A DNA stretch of 64,000 nucleotides from Octopus vulgaris (taxonomy: Eukaryota). A program made the position numbers and the translations under genes. The notes under the pieces were generated by a model. It saw only the letters and a list, made by a program, of their open reading frames with translations. It had not been told where the DNA came from and made no database searches. Below, piece by piece: positions 41,421 to 56,541 of the stretch; position 1 is the first letter of the stretch; the number at the start of each line of letters is the position of its first letter. The DNA is taken from contig OX597819.1 of the NCBI GenBank assembly GCA_951406725.2, forward strand, positions 93,124,001 through 93,188,000, read 5' to 3'.

Positions 41421-41974
41421 GGTCTTTGATGTTGTTTATCTATATTTCGTTGCGTTTGTTTTATTTTCCATAACGCATTCAATTAAAGAGTTGCTGCTAT
41501 TGTCTGCCTGTTGGTTAGGTTTGGCTAATTGGTGTTCAAGTTAAACATTAGGCATTTTGATCACTGAGAACTTCGCCTAAAGCAAAATCTATTGCAGTTT
41601 CAACTATAAATGTTGTTTGAAAAGTCGAAATTGAGACTTTACATACATAAATTTGTGCAAATATATCGTAAATTTTGTAAGCCAAAATCTACACTAGAGA
41701 CATATATATTTTGCTTCATAGCCTAGATGGCATTTATAATACACCAGCTGTTTCCACGATAAATTTAATAGCTGAGTGAATATACAGAATACACGCAATT
41801 CATAAATTTTTCATGGTTTTACTTTATTCATTTTCTTTTTCAGGTATAACATGCTCCTTCGGTTGTTCGCCAACCAACAGCCACTTATTGGATTCACTTT
41901 TTCGCCTTTTACTGCTCTGATTAAATCCATTGCTCTTAGCAGATCCCTCCTGATTGTACGCTTTTCTTTTATTT

Positions 41975-42370
41975 TTATATTCTTTTACTTATTTCATTGA
42001 TTTTACTGCGGCTATACTGGAGCACCGCCTTGAAGGGTTTTCGTCGAACAAATCAACCCCAACAATTATTTTCTTTTTAAGCTTAATATTCATCTTATCT
42101 GTCTCTTTTACCGAACTGCTAAGTTACAGGGACGTAACACACCAACACGGGTTGTCAAGCGGTAATGGGGAAGACAAACACATACATAAAAACATACACA
42201 TATACCTATACGACGGGCTTCTTTCAGTTTCCGTCTACCAAATCCACTCACATGGCTTTGGTCGGCCCGAGGCTATAGTAGGAAACACTTGTCATTTGGT
42301 GCCATGCAGTGGGAGTGAACCCGGAACTATGTGGTTGGAAAACAAGCTTTTTACTACACAGACACGCTTC
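41975..42370 (-). mobile_element. SINE family B copy
   Basis: Colinear with 33997-34421. Confidence 0.88.
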
Positions 42371-42662
42371 AGTACATTTCATCATTCCTCTTTTGATAAA
42401 TCGACATTAAGGCATTTTCCACTGTTCCCTCAAATTTATTTACTAATTTTTTTCTTCTTTATGTAGGGAAAGCAAGTATTTGTCACATTTTCATATAGAT
42501 ATGCAATTTACGACACGCATATCCTCGACAGCCAGCAGGGAAGTGCCGATACTCTAAATCCATCTCACTTTAACATATACAACATTTAAATTACTGTCAA
42601 AACTTCTTTCCATCTAAAGTCAATAGCATATTCTTCTCAATTGATGGTTGTCTCGGAAATAA

Positions 42663-42900
42663 GAACCAGTATTATAATTAATAACATTTGTCAGAGCAAG
42701 TGGAATCAGTAAATTAAATAATAATGAATGTTGAAAGTTCGATTTCCGCATGTAACTACACTGTACAAAATGGAGTATATGGTACAAACTTTATGGTAAT
42801 TCGCTTATTTTAATATCTACAACATATAAATCAAAGCAGTTTTAAAACTGCAGTGGTGTATTATGAATTGACATACATGTCAACTAAAAGCTGAAGATGT
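42663..42900 (+). pseudogene. Pseudo-exon paralogous to 2828-3075
   Basis: EPVL*LITFVRASGISKL/IIMNVESSISACN..YLQHIN versus ERPMFR/VVTASNYGHVIISVISEINAC..TALQHII at 2833-3050. Confidence 0.4.
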
Positions 42901-43627
42901 AATTCTTATTTATCAATTCAAACTTTGTATCTGGTAATTCAGTACAAAAATTAATAGTTCAAAATATCTAACAGAATTAGACAAGAGATTGAATCAGTAA
43001 TTAAACTTCTACTAAGATTGAGCGAAAATATTGATATTCAAAAGTATCATCTAATGCATAGCAACTAGTTGTAGTGATGTTTTTGTTCATATTTAAACGT
43101 GTAGTCCAAGATATATAAACTGGTATGTTTTAAATTAGAAAGGGTTATAAAGACAAATAGAATTTTATATCAAAGTATAAATAACAACACAAACATCTCC
43201 ACAAACATATTTCAATTTCTAAATAGGCTAAGAAATTATTTGTGACAGATTATTCAAGATTAAGCATGTAGTAAAAGACTTTCAAATAAGGTTATCGGTA
43301 ATGGAAAAACATTAAGAAATCTTTGTAATTTGACATGCTATGTTTGATAATGATAAATAGTATTAAATAAAACTTGCAATTGCTTTTCAATTGTGCCATA
43401 AATCAGTTAATAGAGATTTAAGTCATAGTCAGAAGCATTCATTTAAATTCTACCAGTCAGATTGATTTCAATAGCCATAGCATCGTGTGTATGTATGTAT
43501 AGTCAAATAATAACAAAACAAAACAAATAACACGATTAAGAGATACATTAGTTTGTTGCTGAATGAAAGGAGGAAGGAAATATTTGATATTTCGGAGATA
43601 TTTGTCCTTCAAGTCAAAGAAAAACAG

Positions 43628-43667
<40 letters not shown>

Positions 43668-44839
43668 GAGAGAGAGATGGATAATCGACGTGCATCTATA
43701 AGGAGATCATGTTTTGAATAAGGTAGAAATGGGAAGATACAGGAAAGCAGTTTTTTTAACGTCGAAGAGTTCGCAAAGGGAGGAAATATTGATTATATGT
43801 ACGTGTTAGCAGATGTACAGTTGTGTGCATGTTTCAGACGTTTACGTGTATAGGTTTTGTATATACGCAGACAGGTTCGTATGCATTATGTATATATGCC
43901 TGCGTATATGTAACCGTGTATGTATTTTTGTGTGTGTGCGTGCAGGAAATAATTATGCTAATAATGGGTGTGAGTGTATGTATGCATTTTTGTTTGTGGT
44001 AGTGTTTATATATAGGGTGTGTCATAAAAAAATAGTATGCGTGTTAGCTTATGTGTATGTTTGGATAAGGGACCGATTTGGCATACTATGTATGGACTTG
44101 ATAGTAGAGGTTTGTGAACTTCAATATTGATCCCGTGTATAAACGTACTCGTATGTGTGTATGTGTTTAATTTTGTACGTATGTAAGCAGGAGTGTTTGT
44201 GTTTGAATGTATGTGTTTGATAAGTGTGTATTTTGTGTAATTATATGAGTATGTCGACACCAATTACTCAGGTGCCAGTGCGTTTATGAAATCACGATGT
44301 TGCTGATATACATCGTTTATGATAGAAAATATCAGTTGTGTACGCGTGATTGCTTGTTTATGTATCAATAAGTGTGTGTATGAAAGATAGAGAGTAGGAG
44401 TGAGAAAGAGAGAGAGAAAGAAAAAGAATTAGATTGTGATGCTTCTGTGATGGCTGAGCATGCTTTGTAAGTGTTGTGTGTATATATTTGGAAAAGACGT
44501 TAAAGAAAATATGAACCGTGCGGTTAGAAAGATCCATTAAGAAATATAATTTCCTCTACTCTTCAAAAGACGTTTAAAACGAGACCGAAAATAGTGAGAT
44601 GCCAGTATGGACTATTGATTGGAAAATAACAGGCGACAGGTGATCCCTTGTCGAATCAGATATCGCTAAAACTTCGGTTAATCCCAAGACAGTTTGCCCA
44701 CTGTAAGCTGATCCGCATAAGACGGATTTTAAGTAGTACATAAGGTTTAATTTGACAGAAACTCCGAAGATTGAGGAAGCAGCGTCAAGAACGAGTTGAA
44801 AGTATTAAAGATAAGGTAAAGATATTCAATATGAACAAG

Positions 44840-45045
44840 CCTTAGATTAATGAACTCGAATGGGAAGTGCCTGCTCATCCTCCATACTCTCCACACTTTG
44901 CGCCATCAGATATTCATCTGTTTCAACCGCTTTGGGCCGGTTTGCGCGGTGCATCGTTCAAAAATGACGTGGAATTGAGGGCTTGGCCGGACGAATTCTT
45001 TGTACCAAGACCAGGAGTTTCTCTCGTCGAGGCATCGAAAAAAAC
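44840..45045 (+). mobile_element. Mariner transposase C-terminal fragment
   Basis: ELEWEVPAHPPYSPHFAPSDIHLF..L.GASF..WPDEFF. Confidence 0.85.
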
Positions 45046-45091
45046 ACTCATGAATTTTTCCTCAACACAATATATATATATATATATCAGT

Positions 45092-45252
45092 AAGTGCAGG
45101 CACTGCTACGTGGTAAGAAGCTTGCTTCCAAACCACATAGCTTAGGGTACAGTTCCATTCCGTGGCACTTAGGGCAAGTGACACCTACTATAATCTCGGG
45201 CCGATCAAATCTTTGTGGCTAGATTTCTTAGAGGAAAACTGAAAGCGCGTCC

Positions 45253-45298
<46 letters not shown>

Positions 45299-45303
45299 TG
45301 TGT

Positions 45304-45340
<37 letters not shown>

Positions 45341-45565
45341 TGTGTGTCTGTGTGTCTGTGTGTGTCTGTGTGTGTCTGTATCTGTGTATCTCTGTTCTCC
45401 ACCACCGCTTGACAACCGGTGTTGGTATGTTTACGTCTTCGCAACTTAGCGGTTCGGCAAAATTGACTGATAGTATAAGTAATAAGGTCGATTCGTTCGA
45501 CTAAAGTTCTTCAAGCCGGTGCCTCAGCATAGCCGCAATCAAATTACTAAAACAAGTAAAAGATA
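45092..45565 (+). mobile_element. SINE family B copy (diverged)
   Basis: Colinear with family B. Further fragments at ~1115-1366, 13115-13200, 28801-29130, 32370-32560, 35470-35645, 47920-48030, 52655-52760, 59390-59440. Confidence 0.85.
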
Positions 45566-46968
45566 GAAATAGAAATAGAGAATGGACCACTATAATACCT
45601 GCATTTCCTCGGTGTATAAACAACATCAGTAAAGATGACGAAGATCGCAGCTATGCTACGATGCACATTAGAAATTAACGAAGTATAACACTGTTAATTA
45701 AATCGGTCCCATACTTGCTTATATATTTTATGGACACTAGATGATCAAAAGACCATAGTTGACTGGGTGGGGTTTCAGCTCAGAAAAGAGAGGAATGCAG
45801 TCGAATAACTAACCACCTTTAACAGCGTGCTGCCTGATATCTTATAATAATTCTGCTTGTCAATTCATTACTTAGCCCGTCGGTAACAGTTTCACGTGAT
45901 TAAAGAAAAAGAGGGAGAAAGAAATGTGGGAGAGAGAAAAGGAGGGAGAGAGAAGAGTCCATGACGTGAGTTAGAAGGAATGTAATTTTAACGCTTTCAC
46001 GTGATTAGTTGAAGGGAAAGTGAGGAGGAAGAAAAAAGAGAGAGAGAGAAAGAGGATAAAGCAAAGAGTGAGACATGAAGATGGAGGAAAAGGAGTGTTA
46101 AGAATTTTAATTGAAGGTAGTGATATAGAGAAAAGTTAGAGATAAAATGTTAGCAGAGGGCTGATATTCTGATGGTGAGGTTAAAGAAAGGCAGATAGAG
46201 AGGGGAGAGAGAAAGAGATAGGAGGGAGATGGAGCAAGAGAGAAGGGGAAAGAAAGACGATGGTGGTGGTGTTACTGTTGTTGTTGTTGGTGGTGATGGA
46301 GGTGGCATTGGATATTGCATAGGGAAAAGTGTATTTTTTTAAAGATTGAACTAAGTTGTTTATATCACCTATCACTTAACGCATGCGCATAAGTGCAATT
46401 CCATTAAATATTTACACTTATTTAACTAAAGGTTGTATCATATGTACGGGATATATTTCTTTTTTTGTTTGTAGGGAAAATGGAAACATAAGAGTGACTA
46501 TTTATTTTATGAGTGCTTTGTGTTAAGTCTATAAAATTGTGCATAAAGTATATAAAGTGTATATATAAAATGCATTAAGTAATCCATTATATTCAAATTT
46601 CTTTCATTTTTCAATGAGTAGCAGATGAAGACTATCTTTCCATTTAGACACAGCACAGACTACACTTTCAAGTTTTTCGGACAAAGTTTTCAGAAATAAC
46701 CCAACATGTTTTCCTTTAATTCTGTGAAATATTCACGGGTCCCGCTTGTTAGTATTGAAATATGAAAAATAGAAAGCGTGTGGCATTTTTCATTTCTGTA
46801 TTTTCTTATATATTGATTTACAGACATTGACCTGGACAAATAGTTGAGCAGTTTCCATTACAATTCTGAGGTTCGGGGTCTACTCTTACTGTATTTTTAA
46901 AATGGACACTGGTCATTTCGCCTAGTCTCAGTTCCAAGAAGCCCGTTGGATGGATTGAACCTACGATT

Positions 46969-47141
<173 letters not shown>

Positions 47142-48905
47142 GATATGATGTTAGCTTAGCTAAGTGGTAAGTTAGGGCAGAATCGTAATTAAGAGAAATT
47201 ATAGAGACTTTACTTAATGAGCAAATAAGGAATAAAATTTGTGCCTACATGAAATGATTACGTCAGAGGACCTATTGATTAAAGAGGGGTTGTTTAGATC
47301 TCAAATCGAACCTCAGCATATCGTTGTCTGTTGTTACCCATCTCATTCCTTCTTTGCATCGTTCTGGCCTCATCTATATCCAGTTCCTGTCCGTCATTGT
47401 TTCAAAATCTGCTGCTCTTTACTCTTTTTATACTCTTCTCCCTATCTCCACTTCATTCTCTACTTCATTCCTTGCTTCCTTCTCTAGTTTTCTATGGCTT
47501 CGGCCATCCCTGATTCATCGAAGATCTGCTTCATGACATACATTACCACCAACGAAGCCTACTTTCACAAAAAACTGACCCATCTCAATCCTCCCCACCT
47601 TCTTCCAGAGATCTTAAATTCTAAACGCCATTTGAGTTTAATTTTATAACTACGCCACACAAAAGACCAGCCCCAGAGTTAGATCTAGGTTTTAAACTTG
47701 ATTTGGTACTTGCATATCTTCTGTATTCTACGAATACCTGATGTCTTCGTTGTTGTTTACCTCACTATGAACCATGCATAGGTCCATACATAAGTACACA
47801 TACACACATTCATGCATACATACATACATACATTCATACATACATAAATACATACATACATACATACATACATACATACATACATACATACATACACACA
47901 TACATACATGCATAAATACATACGACGGGCTTCTTTCAAATTCTGTCTTATAAATCCACCCAAAAGGCTGTAGTCAATCCGGCACTATACCAGAAGACGC
48001 AGTGGTACAGAACCCAAGACCACATTGATACGAAATAAACAAAACGGTGAACTCGACCCGGACATAAGAACTTCGCTTTTTTTTTTTCTTAATGTTCGAT
48101 ATTATTTCATCCAATTTTTTATTTACATTTCAATTATATAACGAACGTTGGTAAGTTTATTTTCATTATCATATAGTCGAGATACACATAGTGGCGAGCG
48201 TTTGCCATTCTGATTGTATCAATTAAGTTGAAAATCTAGCTAACTTTTTAAAAATAGAAATGGATGCCCTTATGCAGACCAGTTATGTATGCAAATAATC
48301 AATAATCGTCCAAGTTGGTAATAGGCTTGATATAATACAGTACTTGACGCCAATGCAATCGTTCCATGCATATATTCATACTTACATGCGTAAGTATATG
48401 TAGGTTCACTGACACACACACGCATAACAATTTTTGTTGTTTTTTTTTATTGTTGATGCTGCTGTTGATGTGTGTGTGTATGTGTTTCAGCGTTTCCTCA
48501 TCAACTTAATTACATTTAAAGTTATTTTAAATATGGTTGCATATGTATCGATATGAAAATATACAAAAGAATATTTCAACACACATACATCTAAGCATGC
48601 ATCACAGTTATGGCTTTTCTTATATATGTTTCTTTGTATGTGTGCGTATATATATATTATATATCATATATGCATATATATATATATATAAACGCACACA
48701 CACATATATATATACACACAAATAACTACACATATATACACATATGCATATATCAATACATATATATGTATGTATGCTTATACTTATCTGTATGTACGCA
48801 TATATATATAATATACTTATATATATATATATATGTATATACATGTGTGAATATATGTACACGTATATATATACATATATGTGTGTGCGTCTATATTTAC
48901 GCAAG

Positions 48906-48972
<67 letters not shown>

Positions 48973-48983
48973 TTATGTATATA

Positions 48984-49018
<35 letters not shown>

Positions 49019-50552
49019 ACATATATATGTATACATACATATACGTATTTGCATGTATATAATGCGGTTTTATGTAAGTGTGCATGCATTTGTTTTCAAG
49101 CATGTTTGTGCTCGTTTGTGTATTGGTAATTTTGCGTGCGCGTTTGTGTGTGTATGTGTGGGCATAAGTGTGTGTATGTGTGTACGTGTGGGCATAAGTG
49201 TGTGTATGTGTGTGTGTGTGTTTGTGTGTGTTTGTGTATGGGTGTGTGTGTAACTGAGCAGTGTGCCTTGTGTGCGTGTGTGTATTATTTGGTGTAAATA
49301 ACATTTGATATGGGAATGTCTGCAACTTAATTATAGCGTTTTATCATGAGTGAATCAGAAAGAGAAGTATGAAAAAGATGCATTTGGAAAAGAGTGTAAC
49401 GAGGAAGAGGGTGAAAGGGAAAACGAAGAAAAACTGCGTCATTTTCACCGCAAATAAATTTGCACTAAACATTAATGATACAATCAATACGTTAAGTTTT
49501 TTTAACAGTAAAAAGGACGTAGTTTGTTTTAGTTGTGATTGGTGTTGTAGTTGTAGTAGTTGTAGTTGCTGTTGTTGTACCTGTTTCCTTTATTCTGTTT
49601 TATATCTCTATTTTTATTTCGTGGTGTGTTTTTATTTAATGTTTTAATTACTTTGCTTGTTGCAGTACTGGTACCTAAATTTAGCGTTTACTTAGCGGTT
49701 GGGTAAACTGGAATTTATTTTCTGTGATCGGTTACAAAATCTGCTATTTAAAAATCAATAAGGTTTATAACTGTTGCTGTAATCATCCTTTATCTAATGT
49801 ACATCTACCTTATACATACCGTTCCAGGAAAGTTTATCAGCTAAAGTAATGGCTTCTGTTCCGTTCTCTAGGGGAAATATTACTTGTTTGTTTGTATGTT
49901 GGTGGTTCTTTTTGTGTGTATGTTCATTTCTACTTTATTTAGACCTCTAAGGAGGAAAGTAATTGCTCATAGCCTAGAGGTAGATGGGAGAGATGTGAGA
50001 AGTTAGTGCTGTAAAATTTGTGTTTGACGATAGGATGTTAATGATTTATAAGAGAAAACGGATGGTATGTTTAAAATAAATAAACAAAATAATATATATA
50101 TATAAATGCAATTACTATGAGTTAAAGAGTAAAGTAGCTTATACGATGGTTGTATGAGTGTGACATAATGAAAGTGCTGAGTAAATGAAAATGGTTTAGG
50201 GGTGGTAATACGGAGAAGATTAAGACACCTCTTGAAAATATGTGATAATACATTGTAGGAAACGGTATATTAAAGATAATAGAACACAGTAAGGTTTCTC
50301 TTTTAATAGTATGACTCTCCTCAGGAGATCATACTTATTAAAAACTGTTGGCTGTCGTTTATATGAGTTAATTATCACATCCTTAAAACACTGAGCTTCG
50401 ACATTTAGGTCTAGTATAAAAGCGGGTCTGCATAAGTTATTTAGTGGCTGTGTAGTTAAGAAATTTGCTTTGAAACGGCGTGGTTTTTGGTTCTGTTTCA
50501 CTCCACGAACTTCTGGATGAAAACTGCAAAAACCGAGACCGTCGTTTGTGAT

Positions 50553-50613
<61 letters not shown>

Positions 50614-50672
50614 TTGTGAACAAACCCGAAAGCTGTAATTATATATTATTTCATAAAATATGCTCCATCTAG

Positions 50673-51005
50673 TGAAGACGCATGGCTCAGTGGTTAGAGC
50701 GTCGAGCTTATGATCGTGAGGTTGTGAGTTCGAATCTCGGATCGGGCTACGTGTTGGGTTCTTGAGCAAAACACTTTATTTCATGTTGCTCCAGTTCCCT
50801 CAGCTGTAGAAATGAGTTGCGGCGTCACAGATGCCAAGCTGTATTGGCGTTTGCCTTTCCCTTGGATAACACTGGTGGCGTGGAGAGGGGAGGCCGGCAT
50901 ACATGGGCGACTGCTGGTCTCCCATAAAACAACCTTTCCCGGACTTGTGCCTGGGAGGGTAACTTTCTAGGTACAATCCCATGGTCAGTCATGACCGAAG
51001 AGAGT
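50673..51005 (+). mobile_element. SINE family C variant
   Basis: tRNA head TGGCTCAGTGGTTAGAGCG..GAGTTCGAATC. Tail homologous to 3766-3965. A related head-only copy lies at 37163-37340. Confidence 0.85.
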
Positions 51006-52566
51006 TTCTGCAGCAAATGTTCTATTTAAAGTAGCCAGACCTAAACAAGTGACTAAAGAAAAGGATAGGCCGATTTACCGAGAACAGAGCACAACATCAA
51101 TGCTTACGTGGCTGCGTACACATCCAATTCAGCCACCCGTCAATTTTAATGTAGAGATAATTTTAGTCTAGTATATATATTTATAAATTTATAGACAATT
51201 ATTTAGGTTTGGTCGCTTTAAATGGAGCGTATATTATTAAATAATATATAATTATAGTTACTGTTAAAAAGTGCCTATGTGTGTCGCTCTTCTCCGTAAT
51301 TTACATCCTTCGGGGTTTTTTGCAGATTTACAAGTATATGTACAAGACTAAAATTATCTATACATTAAAATTGGCTGAAATTGATGGATTGGCTACGTGG
51401 CTGAATTGGATGCGTGCGGAGCCATGTAAGCATTGATGTTGTGTATTGTGTTCAATTCCTAGTGGTTCGGTCCATTTTTTTCGGTCAACTGTTTAGGTTT
51501 GGTCGCTTTGAATGGAGCATATGTTATTAAATAATCTATAATTATAGTTATTATATATATATATATATATATATGCGTGGTGTGTATGTATGTATTAGCA
51601 GTGTAGGTATATGTGTGTGTGTTTAGATTTGTGTTTTTTGTGTGTGTATATGGGTTTGCTTACTATATATTTTTTGTATCCGTGCCCTTTATATAGCTTT
51701 TTCCTTTCATTTATTTACTTATTTAATTCTATTTCTTATATTTCATCACAAGTATGTGTATGTATGTCTTTTGTGTGTGTTCATGGGATTAAGCATTATA
51801 CTGATTGTATCTGTGTCTTTTTCTCCCTTCTATCATTAATCGTCGTGTTGCGTAGTGTCGTGGAGTGGGTGTTATTCTTACATTTGTGTTCTCTGTTGAG
51901 GCTCGGTCTGTCTATTACTATGTGTGTAGCCTCCGTAATCTAGGTGTTGTGTTTGTTCTTTGCGTTGATAATACATTAATCTCTATGTTATTAAACGAGC
52001 CTCTATATTCCAATTGAGCATGTTGGTATGGCACTGACGAGCTTTTCTCCTCTTTGAGCTTTCGTCAGTGTTCGCCTATTAGCTTCCCTACACTACGTGC
52101 CGTTTCCACAATGTAAGTTGTTGTCTTTTTTCATCACCGTCTTTCAGTACATCGTAAGCTATAGCTTACATTCCAATTTTATTGCTAACCTATGGGTTCA
52201 TCTTACATACTATATAGTTTTTTCTCGTACATTGGAACGTATCGAAAGGATATTTTCAACGAATCACGGATTTTATGGGGGCTCTGGCCTTTATAGTACT
52301 TTAAGACGTAGATTTACTTAATCTGATGAAGGGTCGTACAGTCAGGGACACATTCCTTATCACTCTCACCAATCCTCTATTGAACTTGGCGTTGTCTGCA
52401 ATTGCTGAGTTCTTGTGGACCAGGTATTTAGAGATCAAGGGTTTCAGAAAGTGGGAAAGAAAGATCTGGACCTTATTATTCTTAGTTTCCAGCTAGAGTT
52501 CCGTGTCTAAGACCAGTAGCCTATAGCTAGGGTGCTTGCTAGGGTAGTCTTAGTCTACTGTTCTGT

Positions 52567-52645
<79 letters not shown>

Positions 52646-55600
52646 ATGCACGCGACGGATTTCTACACAGTTTCCCTTTACCAAATTTACTCATAAGTCA
52701 ATGGTTGACTCAGGTATACAGTAGAAGGTGCCGTGCAATGGAACTGAAACTGATACCAAAGCGAAATTCTTAAGCAAACAACCAATGAGGTTTTTTGCAA
52801 AAAGAGATTGAGGTTAGCTTCGTCTCTCTGCTGCATTACAGATATGCACTTTATTGATCATAGAAAAAAATATTGAACTCTGAAAGTAAAGTATCTAGTT
52901 TAAACTATAATTTTCTTGCCAACTAGCCACAGAAATGTGGACTACTTCAACATAAATATATAATAATCGGAGAGAGAAAAATATTGCTCTAAATTTAACT
53001 TTTGATCCCAAAAGATTAGCTAACTTAAGAAGATGTATTCTTGAAACGAAAAATATATCAGAATATATAAATAGCTCACTTAAAAGATAGAACACGTAAG
53101 AAAAATACAAGCAACGAAAAAGTTCACGTTACAAAAATGCAAATAAATAGATTAAAGATATTAAGTTTTAAAAACATTTAGAACGTTAACCACCAAGATT
53201 GATTTAGCTTATACAAAAGAACAACGTAAATGACAAACAAGATAAAAACAAACCTTAGGATGCCAACCAACAAAATCGTAACCAGAAATAGAAAAACGAA
53301 GATATGAATGAAAGAGAATATGAGAAAGGTTCATAAAAATAAAATTCTAACAATGTGAAGTTCTCAATAAGACAGTAACCTAAAGGTTGAATTAAAGAAT
53401 TAACATCCATATATTTTATGTACAAGACATAGCCTCCACAATCAACAGTAGAAAATTAACGATAGAATAGCAGCAACTATAATATGTACTCACCTGGCCG
53501 TTCTAGACATAATGAAAATAGATGCAAGCGTAAATATCCAGAGGATAAACTACATAATATATAAAAGAGCACCAGCATTTACAATTAAAAATGGATACTC
53601 TCTAAGTCTCTCAAAGCCCAAGCAAACAAAATGGCAAACGAGTATACAGAAAAAGATTGGAAAATAAAAACATTTCTTAATTCTTAATTAAATCAAGAAG
53701 AAAAATAAACATATGAAATAAAGGGAAATAATTACTTCAGCAATATTATATAATCAAAAGAATTATATGAAATGAAAGAAGGCTTGAAGCAAGAGATCCC
53801 AGGTAAAGAATTTCTCATTATGAACTAAGACAACAATCATTTGAATAAATCAAACAATTCGACTCCAAAACAAACGATTTCAAGAAGTAATTTAAAATGA
53901 AATAGAAAGAAGTGAGTGCCAACAGCGAAAGAGATACATTTGGAAAAGGATTATAAACTACGAATGTCTCACCATTGGTGAAAGTTGTCTAAACTGGAGG
54001 TGAAGCACCTGAATCATCATGGGAGGTCACTCCAACTTCAAGAATTAATATTGACGCTACAAAACGCAATAAAAAAAACTGAAAGGCACGATGAAATGAT
54101 AAAGTTCAAAATATCTGATTGAAATATTTCACATATAGTGTTGGCAAATATATTTAATGACCCACTGAAAGAGCTAGAAACAACATTTTTATGAAAGGGG
54201 AGAAATTCATCTTGATCCCCTCGACTAGATACAGGACTCACCCACCAAACTTATAGAATCTGTCTACTGATAACTTGCAAAGCCTTAAACTTAATAATAA
54301 CGCAGAGGATACAGTGATTAACATGAAAAAGGTTGCTCTTAAAAGAACACAAATGCTGTTCAAAACACACATATGGTTGTACAGATCACTTATATACACC
54401 AATGACCAAAACGATGCCCCATCGTCCAATGGACGGTGCTGAATCATATCTGCTGAATAAAAAGCAATCAGTGTTTTCTTTTCATTAAAATATAATTAAG
54501 CATGCCTTTATTTCAATAAAATGTTTGGTTTTGTTAAACGAAGTAAAGGCAAAAAAATAAACTTCTTGAGAAGCCAAATAGTCTTTCCTTTGTTTATACC
54601 AAGTTTGAAGAAAATATCTCTTTTGCATCTTACTTTTTTGGTCTCTTAAATATACTGCATTTTGTGGCATTATTTCAAGCTAGCCGTTTTTTTTTGCGTT
54701 AACTGCACGTGCATTTTTCTCACGTACGCGTAGTATCAATCACAACAGCTGATGCACTTGCGCGTACGAATGCACGTTCCCACGGCTTTATCGATCGCAT
54801 TCTCACCTGGAATCGATTTTTGTAAGTTTTTCAAGACTTATACACGCCCTGATACCGTCGGTATCTACATATCAAATTTGAGCGCAATCGGATGGAGGAT
54901 GCCCGAGATTCTTGAAGACACACACACAGACAAAACGGATTTTATATAATAGATTGGTTGCAATTTTTGGCACAAGGCCAGAAATTCCGGGGTGAGGAAC
55001 TAACTAAGTCGATTACATTTGCCCCAGTGTTCAAGTGGTACTTATTTTATCGACGCTGAAAATATGAAAGGCAAAGTCGACTTCGGTGGAGAATTAACAG
55101 CAATATTACTGTAAAATATTGAATATCATCAGGATAAAAAAATAATTAACAGAATCGCTACTATAGACAGGCGTTCATTACAACAAAACTTTCAATTAAT
55201 GTCATAGATACATAGACTTTGTGTAAGGAATTCATTAATTAACGAAATGTCTTTAAAAACGTTACGCATTTTCTGATTCTGGAAACTTTGTTAATGAATA
55301 CAACAGTAACAAGCCGACACAGGAGATGTCATGAATAAAAGGAAAACACGTATTCGGAATCAAACAAAAGAGATATTGTAAGACGACCATGTCAGTTAGA
55401 AGGCGAATAAACCAAGGGGAATCTTCACTCCACTTATTTACTGCTTGACAAAATGGCAAACCATGATAGATACGGGCATAAATGGGGTCACAGCCAATCG
55501 TCTCCTGTATATGAATTATCAAATTGAATACTCATGTTAAGTAAACATATTTAGCTGTAAAATTGGCATGAAACCCTCTGGCAGTCTTGAAAAGAGAAAA

Positions 55601-56149
55601 ATTATTAAAAATCACTAATATCATGTTAGATAAATAAGAATAGGAGAATTAGTCCAAACATAAACATAAACATAGACTTCAGAATAAATTAACCGGATAA
55701 CCCAGAACAAAAACGCAAGACAAATTTCGGAAGAAATATAGCTGTATTAGATAATTAAAATTCAGTTAAAGAAATGCCAAAAGTAAACAGACATAAGTAC
55801 TCTGGCAGCGATCCCAGGAATAAGTTGTAATTATAACCGTAGTTATAACAATAATATTTTCAACTGGTGAGCTAGGAAAATACAGAAAATAATGACAGTA
55901 TTTAGAATACACAACGGAAAATCAAGCACAGGAAAATTATATTTATCACAAATACTGAGAACTAGGAGACTTTTATGGAATAACATTTGACGGACCTCAA
56001 AAATACCCCGTAAAGAAGAAAGGAAAATATACAGAAATATCTACAAATTATTAATAAATAAAAAAAAAAACAGAAGTTGAAGTAACGGACAGCTTTGAGG
56101 CGAATGGAGGGGAAACAAAAGAAAATTTGGAGAATAGAAAACTAAGATG

Positions 56150-56440
56150 AAAATGGGAAAACAGAAAGATATAACAAGATGGTGTTAAGAAACCCCTCTT
56201 ATATGGCTGGTACCTAAATAAAGAAGTGAACACAGAAAGTTATCAGTCCTAGTTGAGAGGAACAAAAATATATTTAACTGCAGCAGAAAAGCAATGGCTT
56301 GCTATTAAGAACTATGATAACTATGATAACAAAGCAGAATGCAAATTGTAACGCTATAAATAATAGTGGGCTGATTCAAGGAATCAGTCAATCGCATTGT
56401 TTCTGGCTTTCTAGCTGCTATAACTAAAACAGAATGTACA
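56150..56440 (+). mobile_element. Highly decayed R4/Dong-like LINE fragment
   Basis: KPLLYGWY, AAEKQWLAIKNY and ESVNRIVSG resemble the KPLHGQY / AAQDQ..TKNY / ETIDHIVSGC motifs; frameshifted. Confidence 0.45.
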
Positions 56441-56541
56441 CACACACACACACAAACGCATATATACATTACTTCAGTTTTCGAACACCTCTGATCACGA
56501 ATAAATCGTGCTTCATATACATACATATATATATATATATA

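Noticed and set aside
50673-50750. tRNA-like sequence with A and B boxes
   Set aside because: Head of a SINE: it continues into a shared repeat body and has no proper cloverleaf or acceptor stem.
52323-52360. CTGATGAAGGG hammerhead-like start
   Set aside because: No stem II closure or downstream GAAA/NUH found.
53150-54450. A-rich stretch with hints of APE/RT remnants
   Set aside because: Too degenerate to assign without a profile search.
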